Source: Chloroflexota bacterium (GTDB taxonomy: Bacteria; Chloroflexota; Limnocylindria; Limnocylindrales; CSP1-4). From it: a stretch of 64,000 nt of DNA. The translations under genes were made by a program, and so were the position numbers. The DNA lies in NCBI GenBank assembly GCA_003152165.1, contig PLZO01000125.1:1346-65345 (forward strand). Reading direction: 5' to 3'. The stretch's first letter is position 1; every line of letters begins with the position of its first letter. The notes below the pieces were generated by a model. That model worked only from the letters and a program-made list of their open reading frames with translations, was not told the origin of the DNA and did no database searches. Below, piece by piece: positions 46,568 through 55,721 of this stretch.

Positions 46568-46664
46568 CGTGACCTCCGCTTCGGGTACTCACTGTTCGGA
46601 TTGTGCGCCGGCGACGTGGTGGGACGCCGTGGGCAAAGTGGCCGGGCCGACGGGTCAAAGTTGT

Positions 46665-47051
46665 CTAGCGGAGCACAGCTCCGAGGTCGTGGAGGTACTG
46701 GCACCTAAGCCCGAGCCCGAACTGTGTGTCAGTGAAGAACCACACGGCGATGCCAAGGAAGATGACGACCAATATGGCAGTCGCCAGTGGACTCGAACCC
46801 GAGCTTCGCGTCCCGTCGGTCGGTCTGAGTTCAGGCTGACGGCGTACAGAAGGCTCTGGGAATGGAGCACCGCAATGGGCGCAGAACGCAGATGCCGAGT
46901 CGCGAGGCTGCCCACATGCCGCGCAGAACTTGACCCAATCTGCGACAGGCGGTGGGCCCCGAACCTCGACTGGGCGAATGTCCTCTCCGCAATGATTGCT
47001 GCGCACAGCCACTTTCGATCCGCCGCCACGACCTTGCCGCAGTGAGGACAC
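46665..47051 (-). CDS. zinc-ribbon domain membrane protein
   Basis: FCAACGQP...FCAHCGAP zinc ribbon followed by TM helix LATAILVVIFLGIAVWFF. A competing ORF exists in another frame (46655-47074). Confidence 0.45.
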   Translation of the reverse strand: MSSLRQGRGGGSKVAVRSNHCGEDIRPVEVRGPPPVADWVKFCAACGQPRDSASAFCAHCGAPFPEPSVRRQPELRPTDGTRSSGSSPLATAILVVIFLGIAVWFFTDTQFGLGLRCQYLHDLGAVLR

Positions 47052-47276
47052 GTTCGGCTCACGTTAGGTGCCATCCAGGCCTGCCTCCCGACGCAGACGC
47101 TAGCACGGCTGATCCATAAGCAACACGGCTGTCAACAGGGCTGTTGGGTTGACCGTCAAGAACGCTCACGCTCGCGCTCGCGCTCCGTAGGAGCTCAGTC
47201 TTGGAGTTCCGCACACGGGCCTCGCGATACCCCGCCGGGAGGTCGCGCCCTGAGCGCAGCTCGGTCTGGTCCGGCG

Positions 47277-48101
47277 CTACTTGAAGAACGGTCGGAGGCG
47301 CTCGAATACGCTGAGTCGGATCAGGCCGTAGTTCGCTTGCAGTACGCCCGGGAGGGTCCGCGCCAGCGTGGTCGTTCCCTCTTCATCCAAGGTTACTTGG
47401 AAGGTGAATACGGCCTGGAAATCTGTCTTCTGGCCTGCCGCGAGCGTTATGCCGCCCACGACCATGCCCTCTTCGATGGGAGTGCCGGTAACAATCCAGG
47501 TATCGGTCGGGCGCTCGTCGAAATAGAAGGCCGTGCCAAGGGGCAACATCCCGACCACGACCGGCGATCGATGCTTGTCCCGATTCCAACGTCGGTCCAA
47601 AAGGTTTAGCCAGTGGGCGCCGCGCGTCGCCTTCGGACTGTGGTAAGGCTGTGCCGCGTCGATGATGTCGAGGGCGCCCTGCGGTATGCCCGCAAAACGA
47701 TCCAGGGCGATTTTCCTGAAGCTAGCCTCGGTTTGGCACACGGGGAAAGCCAGCCGCCAATACGGCGTGCGATAATCGCTCACGAGCGCCCACGCGATGT
47801 TGTCGAGCGTGGCGCGAAGTTCGTGGATACACTCCCCGACGATGAAACCGAGGTCCGCTGGGATTGGGCGGCGCACATGAGCGCGGTACAGGTATGTATG
47901 TCCGTCGCCCTGCGGCTCGGGAACCACGTCGTACAAGCCGCCGTCCGCCTTCAGCCCTTGGACTTCCGTCTCTACTTGCTCGATACGACGACGCGCCCAC
48001 TCGAGCCGGGCTTCGATGCGCTCGCTTGGCCTTTCATGAGTGCGCCCTCCATGCATGACCGCGGACCCGTGGCCGGTGGACGGTCGTGCTTCATCGCCCA
48101 T
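47277..48101 (-). CDS. hypothetical protein (274 aa)
   Basis: Protein-like composition. No motif I can assign with confidence (a possible R-x5-H at RWNRDKH). Confidence 0.5.
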   Translation of the reverse strand: MGDEARPSTGHGSAVMHGGRTHERPSERIEARLEWARRRIEQVETEVQGLKADGGLYDVVPEPQGDGHTYLYRAHVRRPIPADLGFIVGECIHELRATLDNIAWALVSDYRTPYWRLAFPVCQTEASFRKIALDRFAGIPQGALDIIDAAQPYHSPKATRGAHWLNLLDRRWNRDKHRSPVVVGMLPLGTAFYFDERPTDTWIVTGTPIEEGMVVGGITLAAGQKTDFQAVFTFQVTLDEEGTTTLARTLPGVLQANYGLIRLSVFERLRPFFK

Positions 48102-48244
48102 GATCAGAGCGCAAAGCTGTTCTCAATTGCCTCGTTGCGGCGTGAATTGCGCATTTCGCTGAAATCAATCCAACTCAAGAACGCGCGACGCGGTCGATCT
48201 GTGCGGTCTGCGGGGGGTCGGAGTCGAATCTCGCCTACCACCTG

Positions 48245-48583
48245 TCATCCAATCGCCACAGGGCGGCGCTGGTGAAGCCGGACGTTAGCCCCAGCTAATT
48301 CTTTAGTGTACGGCCGGATCTCGGCCGCCGGAAGAGGCTGGTCGGGCCATCGACCAGGCTCGACCAGATACGTCAGGTCGACGGGTTCCATCCCCAAGGC
48401 CCGACGCTTCTGAACCAGGATTCTGTGGGTGGCATCCCGGAGCGCGTCGTCGGTAGCTTCCGGCCCCTCAATCGAGATCCATTCTTCCGGCCCGGCGTTC
48501 TGTCGCTTGGCCAGCAGGCTTGATCCGGCAAGGGCGAGCAGAGTCCGAGCATCGGCTGGAGCCAGGCGTCGAAGGTCTGTCAC
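48245..48583 (-). CDS. hypothetical protein (112 aa)
   Basis: 4-nt overlap with the upstream terminase-like gene suggests co-translation. Confidence 0.4.
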   Translation of the reverse strand: MTDLRRLAPADARTLLALAGSSLLAKRQNAGPEEWISIEGPEATDDALRDATHRILVQKRRALGMEPVDLTYLVEPGRWPDQPLPAAEIRPYTKELAGANVRLHQRRPVAIG

Positions 48584-49002
48584 AGGCCGCTCAGTTCGAG
48601 AATCCGCTCGGCCTCCGCGATCAAGCCGTCAGCAGACAGGCCGAGGTCACGAGCAATCCTCTGAGCTTCGATCTTCATGTCGAGTCTGATATCAACCCGC
48701 TCCCGATAGACCTCGGGGCGATGGGCTTTGAGCAGGAAGATCAGGAGGGTGTCGCTCTGCGACAAAGCCCGCGCCCGTGCCTGCGCCTCCAAAACGTCAA
48801 TCCCATCCTGCTCGGCCTGTGCCCAGAGTCCGGCAAATTTCGAATCTCGTTGCCGGCGCCGATAGGCGGTATCCCGATCGATGCCGGCGGCATCTGCTGA
48901 AAGCCGAACGTTGCAGGTCGAGCGAAATACCTCAAGGAAGCGCCCAGCCCAGTCGACCTTGAGCACCCTCGTAGGTGCCGATTCTGCCGAGCGCTCAGTC
49001 AT
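48580..49002 (-). CDS. phage terminase small-subunit-like HTH protein
   Basis: AGIDRDTAYRRRQRDSKFAGLWAQAEQDGIDVLEA...LLIFLLKAHRPEVYRER resembles the phage small terminase family (recalled pattern). Confidence 0.5.
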   Translation of the reverse strand: MTERSAESAPTRVLKVDWAGRFLEVFRSTCNVRLSADAAGIDRDTAYRRRQRDSKFAGLWAQAEQDGIDVLEAQARARALSQSDTLLIFLLKAHRPEVYRERVDIRLDMKIEAQRIARDLGLSADGLIAEAERILELSGL

Positions 49003-50359
49003 CTCGAACCGCCTTGCGACCGGTGAACGCCTCCCAGCGGGCGATCACGATCTGGGCGTACTTCGGGTCAATCTCCATCCCGTAGCACCGCCGGCCGAGG
49101 CGCTCGGCAGCGATCAGTGTTGTCCCGCTACCCAAGAACGGATCAAAGACTGCCTCGCCGGCTCGGAGGTGATTGCGGATCGGCGCCTCGGAAAGGACGA
49201 CCGGTTTCTGCGCGGGATGGTCGAATTTCTCCTCCTCCGACCCGCCCATGATCATCTTCGGGCTCGGCGCCCGCCAGACCGTGGCCTGATTGCGCTCGCC
49301 GAGGAACGGGACCTTCGATCCGGGCTTCCTGACGACCCAGCATGGTTCGTGGGCCCAGTGGTACCAAGATCGACCCATCGCGAAGAGGCCCTTGTCCCAG
49401 ATGATCTGGCTCACGATGCTGAAGCCAATCCGCTCCAACCCTGCTGCCACCTCTCCTGCATGAACGCCGGCGTGCCAGACGTACCCGACGGTCAGACTCG
49501 GGACTAATTCGAATGCCTCTGACCAATCGATCCTTGTGTCGCCGCTCAGGGTGGTGTTCTGATGGCCAACGGTACGCACGTGTGGCGCCACGTTGGCCCC
49601 TGTGGCGTTGTTATTGTCGGTTTGGCCATCGATCCGCATATACGGTCGTTCGGCCGGACCGAGGGCGTTGTAGACGCCATCCCGCCACGTTGGGTCGAGG
49701 CTTACTCCGTACGGTGGGTCGGTAGATAACAGGGTCGGTTCGGCCCCATCGAGTAGCCGGGCGACGTCGTCCGGGTTGATCGCATCACCGCAGAGCAGGC
49801 GATGCTCGCCAAGAAGCCAAAGGTCGCCAGGCCGGACGTAGATCTCGGCCTCATCGGCCTCGGGTTGGAGGTCATCTGGGTCGGTTAATCCAAGCTGGCG
49901 GATGTGGTTCTTGTCGGCCAGATCATCGAGCAATTCCTGCAGGCCATCGTCGCTCGCGGTCAGGTCCCGGAGCAGCGCGGCCAGCCTGGAGGCGTCCGCC
50001 GTCGCGAGAGCGCCAATGGGATCAAGGCTGGCCAGTACGAGGCGCTCGTCCTCCTCGGACAGATCGACGTAGGTTACGGGGATCGTTGGTTCGCCCCGGG
50101 ATACGGCTAGCTCGACCCGCAAGTGGCCATCGACGAGCCGCCCGGTGGTCCGATTTACTGTGGCTGGGGCCACCCACCCAACCTGGCCGAGGGCGGCAGC
50201 CAGCGATTTCGCCTGCCCGCTTGGATGGGTGCGCCAATTCAATGGGTTGCCGATCAGCTCGGCCGGGTCGACATCGCCGTGGCCCGTAATCCTATTGATC
50301 CAGGGCGTGCTCAGACCCTTCGACTTCTTCTTGGGCGTGAGGAGGGTCTGCTCGGTCAT
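48995..50359 (-). CDS. ParB-like nuclease domain fused to DNA methyltransferase (N6/N4, motif IV before motif I)
   Basis: N-terminal LVDGHLRVELAV is a ParB/Srx motif. It is followed by LSTDPPYGV (motif IV) and a C-terminal FDPFLGSGTT (motif I). This arrangement is common in phage genomes. Confidence 0.85.
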   Translation of the reverse strand: MTEQTLLTPKKKSKGLSTPWINRITGHGDVDPAELIGNPLNWRTHPSGQAKSLAAALGQVGWVAPATVNRTTGRLVDGHLRVELAVSRGEPTIPVTYVDLSEEDERLVLASLDPIGALATADASRLAALLRDLTASDDGLQELLDDLADKNHIRQLGLTDPDDLQPEADEAEIYVRPGDLWLLGEHRLLCGDAINPDDVARLLDGAEPTLLSTDPPYGVSLDPTWRDGVYNALGPAERPYMRIDGQTDNNNATGANVAPHVRTVGHQNTTLSGDTRIDWSEAFELVPSLTVGYVWHAGVHAGEVAAGLERIGFSIVSQIIWDKGLFAMGRSWYHWAHEPCWVVRKPGSKVPFLGERNQATVWRAPSPKMIMGGSEEEKFDHPAQKPVVLSEAPIRNHLRAGEAVFDPFLGSGTTLIAAERLGRRCYGMEIDPKYAQIVIARWEAFTGRKAVRDD

Positions 50360-50445
50360 GCATCAAAGCTAGCTGGGCAGGGGCGCCGGATCTATCCCTG
50401 ATCCGTCTGCATCCCGTTGCTCGAACGACAAGGTCTGCCAAACGA

Positions 50446-50682
50446 TCACGCGTTCGAGCATTCCCAACCGTCGTCCTCCCAATGGACGAGGAGTAGCATC
50501 GGTCGACGGACGGTGGCAATCCGGAGGGCTTTGAACCCGGGCTCGTCGAGGTTGACCCCCTTGAAGTCGAGCTGGCAAGCATCACCCAAGGTTGGGCAAC
50601 TCCCCTCGTCCCGCGTTCCTACCATCCAGGCGATCGTGGTCGCGAGGACTACCGAGACGAGGCCGAACTCTTCGAGGAACAT
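50446..50682 (-). CDS. hypothetical small protein
   Basis: Protein-like 78 aa, positioned upstream of the ParB-MTase on the same strand. Confidence 0.3.
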   Translation of the reverse strand: MFLEEFGLVSVVLATTIAWMVGTRDEGSCPTLGDACQLDFKGVNLDEPGFKALRIATVRRPMLLLVHWEDDGWECSNA

Positions 50683-50691
50683 GGCTACGTC

Positions 50692-51300
50692 GTGTCGGTC
50701 GTGCGAGAAGCTACAGCACTGACGGCGACCTATCGGAAGAACCCCGCCAGAGACGTCGATGGTCCGCTAGACACTTTCGTCCGGATCTACGAGGACAAAC
50801 AGCAATCCGACGCGGTTGCCTTGTTCGAGGAGGACGCCGCGGACCTCGACCTCGACGGCTATTCGCCGACCGACCAACGCTGGGCTTCACCAAAACCGGG
50901 TGAGCTGCTCGGCAGGCTACTGGTGACGTACACGAAGGAGGCTCCAGTCCCGATCATCGTTTGGAGCTACCCGGGTCGGACGCAAGTTGACGCGGGCGAG
51001 GTCTACGCGAAACACGCCCTGGAATTAGCTGTTCAAGGCTACGTCCCGATCTCCCAGAGTTGGGCCGAGGGTCGACCGGGCGCCGGAAGGGTCCTGATGA
51101 TCGGGGTATTTGCATCATCGATCCGGCCGAAGGGCTTCCTGACGGTGACGTACCGATTGGAGCCCGCGAAAAAGGCGCCGACAGCATTAGCTCCAGATCC
51201 AATTGACCAGATCCAGCGTCTCGGCAAGCTCCGCGACAGCGGTGTGCTGACGGTCCAAGAGTTCGAGGCCAAGAAGGCCGAGCTCCTCGCCCGGATGTAG
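50692..51300 (+). CDS. hypothetical protein with C-terminal SHOCT-like domain
   Basis: The C-terminus IDQIQRLGKLRDSGVLTVQEFEAKKAELLARM matches the SHOCT pattern. Confidence 0.55.
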   Translation: MSVVREATALTATYRKNPARDVDGPLDTFVRIYEDKQQSDAVALFEEDAADLDLDGYSPTDQRWASPKPGELLGRLLVTYTKEAPVPIIVWSYPGRTQVDAGEVYAKHALELAVQGYVPISQSWAEGRPGAGRVLMIGVFASSIRPKGFLTVTYRLEPAKKAPTALAPDPIDQIQRLGKLRDSGVLTVQEFEAKKAELLARM

Positions 51301-51671
51301 AGCGGCCAGCAGCGATTCGGAACGGTGAAGGTCGTCCTCGTCGCATGGACCCGGCTCGGGGACGCCGTGATTTGGGCCTGCCCGAAGTCGCCTGCCGGCT
51401 GCGCCGCGAGTTCGAGTACCCGCCGTACGGCGATCACGCCAGATCTCGCTCGGCATCCAGCCAGTCCTCCCGACCAACGATCGGAATCCGGATAGTGGGT
51501 GCTTGTGGCCCCGGCCCCTGCCGGGGACGCCACTTGCCCCGTGGTACTCCCGGACGGGACGAACGTACGGCTTGGCGGTGAACATGGCCAACCCGTACGC
51601 TCCGCCCAGCAGCAGGCCGCACTCTACCCGTCACAACCGGACGGGCCCGGAACGGCCGAAGACGCACCGAC

Positions 51672-51884
51672 GTGAGGCAAACTCGACCGATGGCATCAAT
51701 GGCGGCCACTGACCTGGGACCGATGCTTACCGCGAGCGAAGTTGCCGAGATGCTCCACCTGCACGTGAACACGGTGAAGCGACTCGGGGACCGCGGCGAG
51801 CTTCCCTTCTATCGTGTCTGTAAGCGGGGCGACCGACGCTTTCGCCTCGACGACGTGATGGCCTTCCTCGCCCGCAACCGCTAG
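51672..51884 (+). CDS. excisionase-family HTH DNA-binding protein
   Basis: LTASEVAEMLHLHVNTVKRLGDRGELPFYRVCKRGDRRFRLDDVMAFL matches the excisionase/MerR-type HTH. The start is possibly internal. Confidence 0.6.
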   Translation: MRQTRPMASMAATDLGPMLTASEVAEMLHLHVNTVKRLGDRGELPFYRVCKRGDRRFRLDDVMAFLARNR

Positions 51885-51972
51885 TCCCGGCGGGGCGTCG
51901 CCCAGCTCCAGAATCGTCTTCGAGCGCTCGCCCGCCGGCGAGCGCTCGCTGCTGTCCGCGGCGCACGTCCGG

Positions 51973-53013
51973 CTGCCCTAGCTGTAGCCCCCACACACGT
52001 TGTTGACAGATGAGAGTCCCGCTGCAGGGTTTGGGGTGTCGAGCACCAAGCCAAGCAGGAGACTCTCGTGGCACATCCTAGGGCCCGTCTGACCGTCTTC
52101 GGTCGTCAGCTCCTCATCGCCCGGGTGGCGGCGGGCTGGCCAGCAGCGCACGTCGCCGAACAGTTCGGGATCAGCCGGGCGACGGCATACAAGTGGGTCC
52201 GCCGGCATCGAGCGGAAGGCGACCGCGGGCTCGAGGACCGCTCATCCCGACCGCGTCGTTCACCGCGTCGGCTGAATCCGGCCGCCGAGGCCGAGATCCT
52301 GGCCGCCCGAGCAACCTGGCGGTACGGACCCGACCGGCTCGGGCCGCTGCTGGGCCGACCGCCCTCGACCGTCCATCGGGTGCTCGTGAGGCATGGCTTG
52401 AGCCGGCTGGGCGATGCCGACAAGGTGACGACCGCACCGATCCGCTATGTCGCCTGCCATCCCGGGGCGCTGCTTCACCAGGACCACAAGAAGCTCGGAC
52501 GGATCCCTGACGGCGGCGGCTGGCGGGCGCTCGGTCGCGGTGGCGGCACGAAGCGAGGGCATGGCCGGATCGGCTACGACCATCTCGAAGTCGTCATCGA
52601 CGACACCAGCCGCTACGCGGTCGTCGTCCCGGTCCCCGACGAGTCCGGCGCCTCGGCGGTGGCAGCCCTCGAGACCGCGGCCCTCGAGTTCGCTCGCCTC
52701 GGCATCCGGATCGAGCGGGTCCTGACCGACAACGGCAGTGCCTATCGGTCCTCGACGTACCGGACGGCCGTCGATGGGCTTGGCGCCAGGCACAAGCGGA
52801 CCAGGCCGTTTCGACCACAGACGAACGGCAAGGCCGAGCGGCTCATCCAGACCCTGCTGCGCGAGTGGGCGTACGGCCGCCCATACCGCACGAACGACGA
52901 GCGTGTGACCGCCCTACCCCTGTTCGTCGACTTCTACAATCAGCGACGACCCCACACCGCGCTCGGCGGTCAATCACCCCTCGATGCTGTCAGCAACGTC
53001 CCTGGAGACCACA
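51973..53013 (+). mobile_element. IS481-family insertion sequence
   Basis: Terminal inverted repeats read directly. Left: tgtagcccccacacacgttgttgacagatgag. Right (reverse complement): tgtggtctccagggacgttgctgacagcatcgag. Flanking CCTAGC / GCTAGC fits NCTAGN target duplication. Confidence 0.75.
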
Positions 53014-53018
53014 GCTAG
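52068..53018 (+). CDS. IS481-family DDE transposase
   Basis: N-terminal HTH, DDE core, and the C-terminal RPQTNGKAERLIQTL...RRPHTALGGQSP signature. Confidence 0.85.
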   Translation: MAHPRARLTVFGRQLLIARVAAGWPAAHVAEQFGISRATAYKWVRRHRAEGDRGLEDRSSRPRRSPRRLNPAAEAEILAARATWRYGPDRLGPLLGRPPSTVHRVLVRHGLSRLGDADKVTTAPIRYVACHPGALLHQDHKKLGRIPDGGGWRALGRGGGTKRGHGRIGYDHLEVVIDDTSRYAVVVPVPDESGASAVAALETAALEFARLGIRIERVLTDNGSAYRSSTYRTAVDGLGARHKRTRPFRPQTNGKAERLIQTLLREWAYGRPYRTNDERVTALPLFVDFYNQRRPHTALGGQSPLDAVSNVPGDHS

Positions 53019-54340
53019 CCGAGCACGGAAGCCAGTGTCCGATCGAGGATCCCGAGCGCCTCGCCGACTTCCGCCGGGCTGACATCGATGGGCGGGATCA
53101 GCCGGATGACGTTGTGGTCGCGGCCGCACGACAGTACGAGCAGGCCCGCATCGGCACAGCCGGCCACGAGCGCGCTGACGAGCGCTTCGTCGGGTTCCTT
53201 CGTTCGGCGGTCCTTGACGAACTCGATCCCGATCATCAGGCCGGGCCCCCGGATGTCGCCGATTCGAGGGTCCTCGGCCGCGATCGCCTGGAGGCCGCGG
53301 GTCAGCTCGGCCCCCCGGGCGGCGGCATTCTCGACGAGCTGCTCCGAGTGGATCGTGGCCAGCACGGCTCGCGCCGCGGCGCAGGCAACAGGGTTGCCGC
53401 CGTATGTGCTGCCGTGGGCGCCCCGGTCCCAGCGTTCCTGGAGATCGCGCCGGCTGACAATCGCCGACAGCGGCAGGCCGTTGGCGATGGCCTTGGCCAC
53501 GCAGACCACGTCGGGCACGATGCCGGAGTGCTCGAACGCCCACATCCGGCCGGTCCGGCCATAGCCGGTCTGGACCTCGTCTGCGATCAGGACAATGCCG
53601 TGCTCGGCACTGAACGCCCGGAGGGCCCTCAGGAACGGGGCGGGAGCCGGGGTGTAGCCGCCTTCGCCCTGGATCGGCTCGATCAGGATCGAGGCGATGC
53701 CCTCGGCCGGGATGGTCGTCCGGACGAGGGCATCGAGCGCAGCGAGGCATACCGCGGTCGCTCGCTCCTCGTCGCCGTCGAAATCGCGGTAGGCGGCCGG
53801 GAACGGCAGGAGATGAACGCCGGGCAGAAGCGGTTCATAGCCCACCCGGTAATTCAGGGCAGAGCTCGTGACCGAGGCCGCGCCCAGCGTCCGGCCGTGG
53901 AAGCCACCTCGGAACGCGACGATCCCGGCCCGGCCGGTGGTCCGTCGGGCAAGCTTGAGGGCCGCCTCGATCGCCTCCGACCCGGAGTTCAGGAACATCA
54001 CCGTGTCGAGCGGTTCGGGGAAGGTTGCCGCGAGCTCCACTGCCAGGCGAACGACTGGTTCTGCGTAGCCGATCGCGGCGGTCGGCACGATCAGCCGGTC
54101 GACCTGCTCATGGATTGCCCTGGTCACGGCCGGGTGGCGGTGGCCGAGGGCCGAGACGGCGATGCCGTTGGCAAAGTCGAGATAGCTCTTGCCGTCCGTG
54201 TCGAACAGGCGATGGCCGATCCCGTGGCTCCAGCTACGCTCGAAGTAGCGGCCGAGGACGGGCGTCAGGTTCGGTCCAGCCACGGCGCGCAGGTCCGCAC
54301 CGGTCGGAGCGATCGAGGCGGCGGGCGGCATGGGGTCCAT
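53015..54340 (-). CDS. class III (omega) aminotransferase, PLP-dependent
   Basis: DTDGKSYLDFANGIAVSALGHRHP and the lysine region VPDVVCVAKAIANG are typical class III motifs. The start was chosen at MDPMPP (the long ORF-track N-terminal extension is implausible and would overlap the divergent gene). Confidence 0.8.
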   Translation of the reverse strand: MDPMPPAASIAPTGADLRAVAGPNLTPVLGRYFERSWSHGIGHRLFDTDGKSYLDFANGIAVSALGHRHPAVTRAIHEQVDRLIVPTAAIGYAEPVVRLAVELAATFPEPLDTVMFLNSGSEAIEAALKLARRTTGRAGIVAFRGGFHGRTLGAASVTSSALNYRVGYEPLLPGVHLLPFPAAYRDFDGDEERATAVCLAALDALVRTTIPAEGIASILIEPIQGEGGYTPAPAPFLRALRAFSAEHGIVLIADEVQTGYGRTGRMWAFEHSGIVPDVVCVAKAIANGLPLSAIVSRRDLQERWDRGAHGSTYGGNPVACAAARAVLATIHSEQLVENAAARGAELTRGLQAIAAEDPRIGDIRGPGLMIGIEFVKDRRTKEPDEALVSALVAGCADAGLLVLSCGRDHNVIRLIPPIDVSPAEVGEALGILDRTLASVLG

Positions 54341-54465
54341 CCAGCGAGGATACCGGCTCGCGGCTGGGACCGCCGTCCCGGTCGCGGGGCGCCCGGCCAC
54401 GATCGGCCTGTTGGCGATGCACAATGGCCACGTTCCGGTCCCACTCCCCGGAGGTTCAACCCTCG

Positions 54466-55676
54466 TGATCGACTTCGGGCTAAGCGCTGAGAACCGGCTG
54501 GTCCAGGCCAGCGCCCGGGCGTTTGCAGAGACCGAAATCCTGCCCCATATCCGGGACTGGGACAGCCGCGGCGAGGCGCATCCCGAGGTCTTCTCACGGA
54601 TGGCCGAGCTCGGCTTCCTGGGCGCCCCGATCCCGGAGGCGTACGGCGGGTTGGGCATGGACTACATCAGCTTCGCCCTCCTGTGCGAGGAGCTCGAACG
54701 GGCCGATACCGCCTTCCGGGTTGTCCAGAGCGTGCACGTCGGGCTGAACTCGCTCACGCTGCTCCAGTGGGGGACCGAGACGCAGCGCCAGAAGTACCTC
54801 GTGGCGCAGGCTCGCGGCGAGAAGCTGGCCACCTTTGCCCTGACTGAGCCGGGAGTGGGAACCGACGCTGGCGCGCTCCAGACCACCGCCCGGCGCGACG
54901 GTGATGTCTATCGGCTGAACGGCCAGAAGATCTGGATCAGCCTGGCCGATATCGCCGACCATTTCCTCGTTTTCGCGACCGTCGACCGAGCGAAGAAGCA
55001 TCGCGGGGTGACGGCCTTCATCGTCGAGCGAGGCTTCAAGGGACTGGCGACCGGCACCCTCCACGGCAAGCTCGGCATCCATGCCGGGAACACCGGCATC
55101 GTCAATCTCGAGAATTGCGAAGTCCCGGTTGAGAACCGGTTGGGCGAGGAAGGCGAGGGTTTCCTGATCGCGATGAGCGCGATCGACCAGGGCCGCTACA
55201 CCGTGGCGGCGGGAGCGGTGGGCCTCGCCCAGGCTTGTCTCGATGCGAGCCTCAAGTACGCCCACGAGCGTCAGACATTCGGCGCTGAGATCGGCCGGCA
55301 CCAGCTGGTCAAGCAGATGATTGCCAAGATGGCGGCCGGGACCGAGATCGGCCGGCTCCTCGTGTGGCGCGCCGGCTGGCTCAAGAACCGGGGGCTGCGC
55401 AATACCCGCGAGACAAGCCTGGCCAAATGGCATGCCACCGAGCACTCGGTCCAGGCTGCGCTCGATGCGATCCAGATCCACGGTGCCAACGGCTACTCGA
55501 ACGAATTCCCCGTCGAACGCTACTTGCGCAATTCGAAGGCGGCCGTGATCTACGAGGGCACGAGCCAGCTCCATACCCTGATCCAGGCCGATTACGCCCT
55601 GGGGTACCGGGAGGACCGGTCCCTCCGCTGTGAGCCCTGGCCGGCCCAGGGCTTCGAACGGACCGACGCGGGGTGA
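54466..55676 (+). CDS. acyl-CoA dehydrogenase
   Basis: RBS ggagg precedes the GTG (VIDFGLSAE...). Contains ACAD motifs (ALTEPGVGTDAG, YEGTSQL). Confidence 0.8.
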
Positions 55677-55721
55677 GCCCATGCCCGGCGGCGACGTTAG
55701 GGGGAGGTCACCTCGGCCGGA

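Noticed and set aside
13937-53000. Search for a duplicated tRNA-Arg 3' segment as attR
   Set aside because: No copy of gttcgaaccctgccggggacgcca was seen by eye. The only near-match (ggttcgaacgctgc at ~14557) lies inside the recombinase gene and is probably chance. Serine recombinases do not require long direct repeats.
53015-54658. Long N-terminal extension of the aminotransferase (547-aa ORF-track version)
   Set aside because: The extension is R/S/P-rich and would overlap the divergent acyl-CoA dehydrogenase gene. The conserved aminotransferase N-terminus begins near MDPMPP.
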